A stretch of DNA of 64,000 bases, from NCBI RefSeq assembly GCF_018350175.1, contig NC_058382.1:48982001-49046000 (forward strand), given 5' to 3'. Shown piece by piece: positions 11,601-20,738 of this stretch. The notes beneath the pieces were generated by a model. It was given only the letters and a program-made list of their open reading frames with translations, was not told where the DNA came from and searched no databases. The stretch's first letter is position 1; every line of letters starts with the position of its first letter. The stretch is from Felis catus (lineage: Eukaryota). The translations under genes and the position numbers were made by a program.

Positions 11601-14600
11601 GGGATCGAACCCCGCGTCACACTCTGCCCTGATGGTGTGGAGCCTGCTTGGGATTCTCTCTCTCCCTAGCTCTGCCCCTCCCCCACGCGTGCTTTTTCTC
11701 TCTCTCAAAAAAAAAATAAAAATAAAAATAAAAATAAAAATAAAAATAAAAATAAATAAACTTACCCAAACCCAAAATGTTTTATCATCTATTGATGCTT
11801 CTTGTCTGAGTGATGATTCCTATGGTGGTTGTCAAATGGTGGCTTCCTAATTCCAGAATTCCTTCTACAATTAGAAGTGTATGGAATGCAGTTTTAATAG
11901 AGTTCCATCTACTACTCATTTGCCTTGTTCCTAGGGCTGACCCATTTGGGACATCGAACTGAAATCCTGGTGTATACAGCAGAGTGTTTCCTTTTGAGAT
12001 GTCAAACTCTGATCATTTATCTTCTCAGCACTGTGACTCTGCAAAATTCCGCTCTGCTTCACAGAGGTTGGACTTAGCTTTTAAGGTTCCCATCTTATAA
12101 AATTTCAGACTTCAGGTAATGGTGATAACTGAACATATATTTGAGGTTCCTCAGGTTTCCGGTTTTGTCACTGCAGCCTGTGAGATTATAAACGGCTCTG
12201 CTAATTTCTCTTGTCTCACCTGCAGCCTTCCCCCCGGGGAAAACCTGGATCCTTAGCCTCTTGCCAGAATTGGCAATTGCAGATGGCTGAAAGTTGTCAC
12301 TTTGCACCTCCGTGGCTCTTCCCTCTGCACATCCTTAACCCTTCTGGCCACTGTTGCTTCTGTACCTCTCTTAAACCTGAAATATCATCTGTTCCTCTGG
12401 CTTTTCTAGTTGTTTTCAGTGGGAACATTATTTGGCTGCCAACAACTCCATCCTACCCAGAAGTGAGAGTTCTTCATTTTCCTTTTATGGGGCCTGCATA
12501 GTACTGCATAGACCGGGTATCTCATTTAAAACTTTAGCCTCTCCTCTAAGTACATTTATTTTCTCATTATTATAACAGTCCTGTTTGTAGGTCTACCAAT
12601 ATCCCTGAGTCCAGTTATTTTCCCAAGGTAAATTTATGGAAATAAAATTGCCAGATCACAGAGTGTGATGACGTACAGTTTTGACAGGTTTTGTCAAATG
12701 GCCTTCTGGTGAGACCGGACGCTTCGGCTGAGCTGACAGTGTCTAATAAAGGACTACTGAGTTGTTTTGAGCGGGTCACTATCCTCTCTGCCTCTTCAGG
12801 TGCCCCAGAAGTCCTCCAGCCCTCTCTGTTCCAGCCTCGGTCTTCTGTGGTGAGTGGACGAGGCAATCCACAGATCTGGTGTGTGGTGCAGGGAAGCCCT
12901 GCCAGGGCTCATGTCTTATCTTGGTACCAGCAGTTGAAGGGGAGTGGCCCCACCTTCCTGCTGAGTCAGCGAGAAGGGGCTCCCCCCAGCTATGGTTTTG
13001 GTGTGAATCCTCGCTTTCTGGCAGAGATGGACCCAGCCCAGAATGCTGCGCTCCTGACCGTGGGCAATGCCAGCCCTGCTGATGAGGGCACCTACTACTG
13101 TGCCATATGGTTTTCAGGCCAGTATGTCTTTGGAGAAGGTACCCGACTGCTCTATCAGGGTGAGTCTAAGAGTGTGGGGATCTGGTGCCCCTAGTGCATA
13201 CGAGTGCAATGGAGCTGGTGGCAGTGGGCAGAAAGGTGTAGATGGTGGAGCCCCCTTGGAGGAAGCTGTTGTCGGTAGGATGAGGGAAAGAGAAGGAGGG
13301 CCAGGAGAGTAGACTGCCAGCAGGGAAAATGCTCAAGCTTCTGGATGGTGGAATTGGCTGGAAGCATTTGAGGATGGACAGAAACACCTTAGACCGGATT
13401 TTTAGGCCTGGGAGGGGAAGCCTCATCAAGAACATTAAATCCCTTCCCTTCCCTTGCTCTGTAGTAAGGATACTGGAGGCCCGGAGGACAGAAGGTACAT
13501 GTGGCAGAGATAAGCTTAGCTCATATTCTGCCCAACAGGCCAGAAGGCCAGTTGTGGGGCAAAGGAGATTCTGACAAAGGTGAGGGAAGGCCATAGAGGA
13601 AGGGTAGAAGAGTCTCCAGAGGCCCCAGAAGGAGGGGGATCAATAGGACTGAGTTTGGAAGAGGCTGGTGGTATTGGGTAACATCCTTCTTCCTCTCATT
13701 CCCCACAGCTAAGAGGCAACCCCTGGCTCTGCAGCCACCTGAGCTGAGCCTGTTCATCCCAGCCTACGGCCCTCCCTTCCATGTACTTTGTGTGGCCCTA
13801 GGACATAACCCTGACCCTCTGAGGGTGTCCTGGGTCCTGGAAGGCCAATACCTGGAGGAAGAGGACTCCACTGGGGGAGCTGGGGATCCCATGGTCAGCT
13901 GGCTGCAGCTGCCTCAGGAGGTGGCAGGAATGTCTGTGACTTGCCGAGGCTTGCACCAGAGTGGAGTCTTAGAAGTCGTGCTGCCCCTGCCCTGGGGCCG
14001 AGGTGAGTAGAGAGGACCCAGGGGTTGTGCTCCAGTCTTCCTGATGCAACCACCTGGAACCCAGACATCAGTTACTCCCTGGCAAACCATAAAGTCAAGA
14101 TAAGCACTGCTGTGTGTGGCAAAGAACCCTTGGCTCTGCCCTAGCTTCTGGTGAAGCCTGGACGTGGCTTTGGAGCCCGTGCAATGTTGTGGGACGAGCT
14201 ACCCCCAAAGTCCTAATACCTACTCTGTCACTCCTGGCTTCTGTGTTCCCTAGTGGTGAATGCCTGCTTATTTCCTTTGGGGGACAGGGCACAGGGAAGC
14301 TATATGAAGGGCATCTGCTCTGTTCCAGGGCACAGGAGAACGCTGGAAGTGGAGAATGCGAACAAGAGTGGACACATTCTTCTAGGTACGGACCCCCCGA
14401 CACTGACGTGGGACCCCCTGGGTGGTGAAGCCTTGACTTTTCACGGTCATCGACTCATTCAGCAATCATTTTATGGAGTACTAAGTATTTGCCAGGGCAG
14501 AGAGGTGACTGGAACACAGTCTGAATATTAGTGAGTCTAGAGGGGTAAGTCAGACACTGAACCAAGGTTTAAAATGCAAGGAACACTGCACTAAAGGTCC

Positions 14601-15363
14601 TAGGACAGGAACACAGGAAATATTCAGGAGCTCAGCCAGGAGAGGGGCCCTCCCACTGGGGGGTCTGGGAAGCTCCTGTGTTGATGCAGTCAGAGCTGAG
14701 CCCTGAGATTCTGGCTGGAAAAGGTGTAGACCCAGTCCAAAGCACCTGGGTCTAGTCCTGGTTCAGCCCTCAACATTCTGTGGCCCCTAGGGTGGGGGGG
14801 GGAGGTGGAGGAGGAGTCTTTTACCCTCTCTTGGCCTCAGATCCACCTACCTACTTACCCCATCCAGTCCAGACCATCTCTGCACTTACAGATCTTAAGT
14901 CTAACTTTTTATCCTATAAATGGGGAGTAACACAACTTCACAGAGGATAAAGTGAGCCAGAGAGGCCTCCTTAGGAGGAGGCAGGGGCAGGGAGAAGCCC
15001 ATGAAGATGCATTGTTCATTGTGGGCCCACTTTCACCCTGTGCCTGTCTCCCTCACAGTGGAGCTGGAGCAGATCCTCATTGCCACCACCTACTGCTACC
15101 TGGGACTGCTGGGCGCATCTCTCATCTACGGCCTCATCCTGGCTGCTCTCTGGAGGAATCGCTGTTGTTGGGCCCACCCTACGGAGCCACTCCCCAGAGG
15201 GGGTCAAGGAGCGGCCCCCGGTTCCAGGGCGCAGGTGGGCAGGAGGTGCACTCCTGCCGCGGCCCCGGAGCACAAGTGGCCGAGCCCCAGGGGCTTCCAT
15301 GTCCTCCGAGGGGCTGCCCATGCCCCGGACCCTCCCTCCTTGCTCCGGCCGGCTTCCTCCTAG
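5597..15363 (+). CDS. Predicted multi-exon non-rearranging TCR/Ig-like type I membrane protein (L-VJ-C1-CP-TM-CYT), join(5597..5684,12800..13159,13709..14002,14329..14385,15059..15363), 367 aa (348 aa without the small CP exon)
   Basis: Five exons with GT-AG boundaries, all introns phase 1, and an open frame from a strong-Kozak ATG to TAG at 15361-15363. Canonical V-set, FGxG J, C1-set and antigen-receptor TM motifs occur in the correct order. Confidence 0.85.
5748..5892 (-). mobile_element. Internally deleted CAN-SINE
   Basis: Ends gagccacccaggcgcccc. Confidence 0.85.
7643..7840 (+). mobile_element. CAN-SINE
   Basis: tRNA-derived head, (CT)n, TSD-like taaagatatt on both sides. Confidence 0.88.
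8530..8740 (+). mobile_element. CAN-SINE
   Basis: Head, (CT)n, A tail. Confidence 0.88.
10338..10510 (-). mobile_element. CAN-SINE
   Basis: Poly-T to gagccacccaggtgctcc. Confidence 0.88.
11526..11760 (+). mobile_element. CAN-SINE with (AAAATA)n tail
   Basis: Head gggtgcctgggtggctc and a patterned A tail. Confidence 0.88.
12800..13159 (+). CDS. Ig V-set domain with germline-joined J segment
   Basis: Acceptor ctctctgcctcttcag|, then IWC...LSWYQQ...GPTFLL...RF...ALLTV...DEGTYYCAIW-FSGQYV-FGEGTRLL, then donor CAGG|GTGAGT. Confidence 0.93.
13709..14002 (+). CDS. Ig C1-set constant domain exon
   Basis: Acceptor ctctcattccccacag|, then PPELSLFIP...VLCVALGHNPDPLRVSW...SWLQL...VTCRGLHQS, then donor CGAG|GTGAGT. 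294 nt, phase 1-1. Confidence 0.9.
14329..14385 (+). CDS. Probable connecting-peptide exon (G)HRRTLEVENANKSGHILL
   Basis: Acceptor ctgctctgttccag| and donor CTAG|GTACGG. 57 nt, phase 1-1, open frame, NKS sequon, lying between the C and TM exons. Confidence 0.55.
   Translation, partial: GTGERWKWRMRTRVDTFF
15059..15363 (+). CDS. Transmembrane and cytoplasmic exon
   Basis: Acceptor cctgtctccctcacag|, hydrophobic ILIATTYCYLGLLGASLIYGLILAALW, stop-transfer RNR, CC, then a Pro/Arg-rich tail to TAG. Confidence 0.85.
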
Positions 15364-15423
15364 TCTGCTGCCTTTCGTTACCCATTGGGTCCCCCTTTCT
15401 CTCTCAGGCTGTCCAAATTTCTC

Positions 15424-15475
15424 CATAAATACAGGGAATTTGAGAAGTTACTGCTGTGCTGTGGGTTGTTCTGGG
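15424..15475 (+). terminator. Candidate poly(A) signal of the TCR-like gene
   Basis: Variant hexamer CATAAA (15424-15429), followed about 22 nt later by GT-rich ctgctgtgctgtgggttgttctggg. Confidence 0.35.
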
Positions 15476-16855
15476 CAAGGGAGGTGGGATCCTGGGACCA
15501 AGGCCAATACCTTCCAGGGGAGGGACGTCCAGGGTATGGTCTGGCTCTGAGGACAGGTCAGCCACTGCAGCCTGGAGCCTGAAAGTCATACAGGTCCCAA
15601 GGCCACTCTGGCCGGCCAGAGGGAAACGCATGTGGCAGGGGCAGACCGTCATGTTTTGCTGCTCACTAGCTGAGAAAGCCGGGTCACACCCACCCTCTCT
15701 CACTTCTTCATCTAGCAGAGGGTTGGGTATCTAAAGTTCTCCCCCTTTTTGGCTAAAATCCTTTCATTCCTCAGCCCCTTTTGAGAACAAATGCCAAATG
15801 CCTCTGAGGATTTAAGTTGGCCAAGGGTTTTTAATCAGAAAGATCACACAGAATTTGAGGGTAGGGTGATTCCTTCAGAGACTGCTAAGGCAGCACGGTC
15901 CCCACTACTGCTGTGGCATCCCGTCAAGGGGCCGATGCTGCGAGCTCGGGAACCCACTTCTCCCTTGTGGGAATACCAGTGACTTCATTTCCCACACTTG
16001 CACCACAGCAGGCAGCCTCTCTAAGACTCTCAGGAGCATCTGGCCCCAGACTCCTCCCATCCAGGGTGATGGCTGCCCAGAGTTCCCTACAGAGTGTTTC
16101 CAGTTGTTCTCTCTTCCTCTTTTGTTCTTCTATGCTTCGCCTTCTCCTGGCCTCCACGCTACACGCAGGCCCACCATCTCCCATGTGACAGCTGCAAAAA
16201 GTGGATCTGAGTTCTGAGAAGAAACCCTGGGCCCAGGGTCCTCTGGTCCTTTCTCACCGGGCATCCTAGCACTCAGATCCTGGTACAGATGTTTCTACTT
16301 CGAGAAATCCTTGTGTCCATGCAAACTCCTTAAGTGAGGATTTTGTAACACCCACATGCAAATTCACTTTGCCATAGCGAAGGAGACAGAAGCCTCAGGA
16401 AGGGTGTCACAGGGGTCACTGGCCCTGGGACTGGGCTGTTGGAACGGGGAGGTGAGGGCTGATGAACAGGGACCTGACAGGGCATGGACAAGAAATGTGG
16501 CCTAGTTCTGGGCCCAGAGGGAAGGTGACCACTAGAGACCAGTGCATCCATGTGCCTTATGTGCAACGATGGGTCCCAGCTACGCTCTCCCCAGGAAGGA
16601 GCCTTATGATGTGGTTTAAAGTGAGTAATTCCCAACACATGAACCTGACGGTCAGAAAACCTTGGATTCGGCCTCTAAAGTTCCTGCGGTCCTACCCTGC
16701 TTGACCTATTTAGCTGAGGAGACAGAAACGACACCACCAAGCGCAGCGAGTAGGGTCAGGGTGCACAGCTCGGGAGATGCTCCTCACAGAGCAGTTGGTT
16801 GGGGGCGTCCTCCCAGTCACCAGAGAAGATTTAACAAGTAAAAACCTGCAAACTC

Positions 16856-16861
16856 TTTATT
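16856..16861 (-). terminator. GLG1: GLG1 distal poly(A) signal AATAAA
   Basis: tttatt on the plus strand. On the transcript strand there are upstream UGUA motifs and a downstream U/GU-rich tract. Confidence 0.65.
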
Positions 16862-17271
16862 AAATTCTCCCATTTCATCTGTACAGAAAAAAATGCACAT
16901 TATGTTCAGGATCTCAGTAACATCTCAAAATTACACAGCATGAACATGTAAAAACAAGGAACTGCTGGGATTTTATACATAGAAAGAAAAATCATTTACA
17001 AAAGAGGCTTGTTAATTTTACTTTTCTGTATTTTCTTTCTTAAAAAAAAAAAAAAAAAGTTCAAGGCCTAAGATGTCACACAGCATCTGCTGTTCAGTCT
17101 GTTTTCCTGCTTGGACTGACCTGGGAACACTGTGCCGGGAGAAGCTGCTGGGAAGGCTCCTGCTGCCGGCTGTCCTGCTGGCCACCCGACCCCGTGCACT
17201 GACTGCAGTCTGCCCGGGGCCTCTCCAACCTCCCTAGCTCCTGGCATAGGCCTGCTGGGCTCTGGGGTCCA

Positions 17272-17307
17272 GGTTCCATGGGTTCCATGGGCTCCATGGG
17301 TTCCATG
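17272..17307. repeat. 9-bp tandem repeat gg(t/c)tccatg x4
   Basis: Direct read. Confidence 0.9.
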
Positions 17308-20300
17308 CTGGGGGAAGGCAAAAACAGAATATAGAGGCACTATCTGAATTTTCTCCTTGCCCAGGAAGGTTTCTCTACTCCATGTATCCCAACAACATCC
17401 CTACCGGTGTGTTGTGACACATCTTGGGAGGAGGAAGGAGAGGAAACCACCATCAGGATCCTGCTACCACCAGACTAAACAGATAGTTCCACCTTGTGCT
17501 CCAGATAACAAGCAGTCCTGGGGTCTCCATAGTGATCTCACTAGACGGCTGGGAGAAGCTTGTCACTCAGAAGAGTCAGTCTGGGTTTGCTATGACTTAT
17601 CTGTTGTCTGAGGTCAGGGCAAGAAGGGGGATTCGGCTTCAGACTCGAATGCCCTAACATGTGACCCTGGTCCTAATGGAGAGGAGGACCAAGAGGAGTG
17701 TATTAGAGAGATGGCCAACCAAAGACAAGAGACAGAGATAGAGAGAGTGAGGGAGGAAGGGAGGAGGGGCAGGCCAGAACAGGAGCTGTGGCCCCACGGC
17801 CCTTGGGAATCAGGGAGCAGTGGAGAAGAGGTGAAGGAAAGAAGTGTCCCTGAAGGCCGAGGAGAAATTCAGGGTACCCGAATGCTGCATTCGATAAAGC
17901 TACGTAGGTGCTGTCCAAAGCGGGGGAGAAAAAAAGGATCTTTCAGGTTTCCCAAATCCGTAAGAACCTGAAATACAAATATATATACCAAAATGCACAC
18001 AATTCAAAAAGCCCTATGCTTGTGGTTCTGTGGCCAAAATTTAGGTTGAATGGGTCAGGCTGGATTGGCTGGCTGCCACGGGTCCCTTCCAGCTTCCTTC
18101 TCTGTATCTGCTTGCTTAAAAGAAGCTGGATGTGGAGAACATGTAGTTTTTGGTGGGGGAGGGGAAGAAACGGGATATGAAAGCTTTTTCTCAGAAGAAC
18201 TTGAGACCAGCTAAGTAAGAAAGAGGCCCATGAAGCCATCTCTCTCTCCCTGGATGACTCCCTGGAGTGGGGATCTGTGGGACAGAAGCTGTACCGCAAG
18301 TCTGGGGGTGGGGAGGATGGGAGACATTTCCAGAAGTCATACTCACACAAGAGAGTGAATCTTTTCTTGGGAAGACAGGGAAGTCGGCACAGAAGTCCCG
18401 TTCCATTTTGTCTGATGAGTAAATGGATACTATAGACCTCTTTACCACTGGATTCTTTTATGACACAACTTCAGGAAATAGGAAGAAGTGAACTCTGACA
18501 ATTCTGTCACCTCTTCTAGGAAAGCAGAATCTCCCTCCCTCTCTCGCCCAGGCAGAGCTGCTCACTGTTCCCCCGAAAAGGAAGCACAGGATATCAGACA
18601 GCCGGAGGCCTGCAGTGAATTCGAGCCAATGCCTGCTGAGTACCAGTACTCAGGATGCACTGGTTTGGAGTGCGTTGACTGGACCCACAGGACTGGCAGT
18701 GGCAGCCAGAGGGCCTCCAGGGAATGTAGAGGAGGAAGACTTTCCTGCTGGAGTGAACCCAAGCCTCGGCTATGCTCCTACCTCAGCACATCTTGCTAGC
18801 ACACGTCTCCTGGGAGAGCAGCAATAGCAGAGGATGGTCAGGGCCGCACCAGGGTAAGGGTCTCACTTCCAGGGCTACTCTTCTGGGAGAGAAACTCAGC
18901 TAGAGGGAAGAGTCTTGTTCTTGACAGTTGCCCTGCATTTCCGATCTCCTATACCGGAGGGCCTCCAGGCCAGGAGAGTAACCTCTCGGGGCCTCTGGAG
19001 TGTTCTGGAGCACACTTCATATGACTTCCCCAGACCCTGGAGAGAGCTAATAAGGCCAGATGAGTTACCTGGATTTTCGGCAAACGCCTGAGGCCTTGAC
19101 TGTGGAAAACCCCCCACCAGCTGCTTGTTATTGTCCACAGGCTAGACATCAGAAGAGATAAAGGCCAAGGTCCATCATCAGCTTCTCCACTAGGGCGATT
19201 TCTTCTTGAGTCGACTAGGTAATTTACTCATGATTGACCTCTGAGGCCAGTGACCAGAGGTGCCCCAGAACCTGTGTTATTATACCAAATGGGGGGCAGA
19301 ATGGATACAGTTGAGCTGCAGGTTCAGAAGGTGCTGGGCCCCCTGCAGGTAGAAAACTGCTCAGGACACTACCTGGGACTCTCAAGAATCAGTCATATGA
19401 AACTATTCCAAGCAGGATGGTGAAATGCTTTCTAGCAAAAGCAACAAAAATACTGGCAGAATTATCCCTTTTATTTATTGTATCATTTCTAAAGATGATA
19501 AATGTTTCAAGAATCAAAATCCTTTTCAAGCTTCCAGATATGCTTCAGACAAAGCCAAAATGTCCAGATACCTTAAACTATTGGTTTGTTTTACAAACAC
19601 TAGGAGGGAGAACGCAGAGATGGAGAATGGTACCCGCACACTCACCAAATGGTGAATGTTTTATTCTATCCTGTGAACCATGCCAGACAGGTCAGTGGGG
19701 GCCTGCGTTGAGAGGACATCCCCGGTTCTCAATCCCAAGCCCCCAGGCCAGGTGGGAACTCCTGGAAGTGGACTATCCGGACCAGCTCAATTCAGTCCAA
19801 CAATGGTGGTGGTAGGGGTATGCTGCTCAGACTCCAAGAGTTTCAAGTTTTGGAAGAACCCCAGGACAGGTGTTGAGAATCAGGAAGACCCTAACGGCAA
19901 GACTGAAGGGACCAAGCAGCTGAGCAGTTCCCCTTGGTAACTCGCAGTACCCTAGGCAGTGGGATACAGCTGGCTTCTGGATCGCACTGCCTCCTGGAAG
20001 GGGAGCAACGAGCAAAGAAAACCACAGTATTCTAATATACATCATTCAGATGAGACAAGGAGTAATCTGCATCAACCGATCCACAAACTGACCCACTTTG
20101 TATCGAACACATTTCAGGGGAGACAAATGTTGCATACGTCCCGCAGCACATGTGGACAGTGGCAAAGGGGGGGCAGGGCAAGGAGGGGCGCCATGGTCTA
20201 TGTGGACAGTTTTAGGCACGTGATTTATAATACTCTGTGGACGTCTAACAGGTTAATAAAATATATATTATATAAATATATCTCCTACTGTACATGCCGC

Positions 20301-20662
20301 CCTCTGTGCACCCACTGTAACTCCATGCCCCAAACTCAAACCAAGGTGTGCCAAGTTGCACTGTGATGCCTGCACTCCTCCCCTTTTACACTCCAAACCT
20401 GCCATCCCACACTGCAGGGACGAAGGAGGACGGCCAGGAAGATTGCTTGCATAAAGCTAGATTCTGGAAGTACAACATCTGATGATTCATCAAAGTACAA
20501 CACTCAGCCAATGCCTACTACAGTGGGTGTACGCAGCAAATGGACAGAAAGAAAAAAACAGATAAAAGGCTCCATCTTTTAACGTAATAACTTTCCAAGT
20601 CCTCTCTACAAAGAGGCATAAGGGAGCTTGTCTGGGAAGGTGGCCTTGAGCCTGCACAAGGG

Positions 20663-20738
20663 TCAGGTTGGACTGCCAGTCACATCTTGAGACCACACTA
20701 AATCTTTATAAGCCATTGTCTCTGACTTGCACTGTTGC
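20663..20738 (-). CDS. GLG1: GLG1 alternative terminal coding exon (R)QQCKSETMAYKDLVWSQDVTGSPT*
   Basis: Acceptor ctcagtttttag|, phase-compatible with donor GACAG|GTAGAG, which overlaps the canonical stop. Resembles the recalled human extended-tail isoform. Confidence 0.8.

Larger units (their letters stand above)
7100..11900 (-). mobile_element. Patchwork of old, mostly antisense L1M fragments interrupted by SINEs in intron 1 of the TCR-like gene
   Basis: T-rich L1-antisense sequence (tttccctgatgaataatg, ttcttcaagattgccctagatattct, tgttgaaatctc..ctattattgtggatttgtc). Confidence 0.75.

Noticed and set aside
12691..13194. 167-aa single-exon ORF as a standalone V gene
   Set aside because: It starts at TTG, not ATG. 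Its ends are intronic read-through beyond strong splice sites at 12800 and 13159.
15054..15060. CACAGTG RSS heptamer
   Set aside because: It is simply the splice acceptor (cacag|tg) of the TM exon, and there is no nonamer at 12- or 23-bp spacing.
14952..15550. Overlapping alternative-frame ORFs around the TM exon
   Set aside because: GC-rich shadow frames. Only the frame phase-compatible with the C1 exon encodes a TM.
17094..17321. ORF with MEPMEPMEPMEP repeat
   Set aside because: Produced by a 9-bp tandem repeat inside the GLG1 3' UTR; no other coding support.
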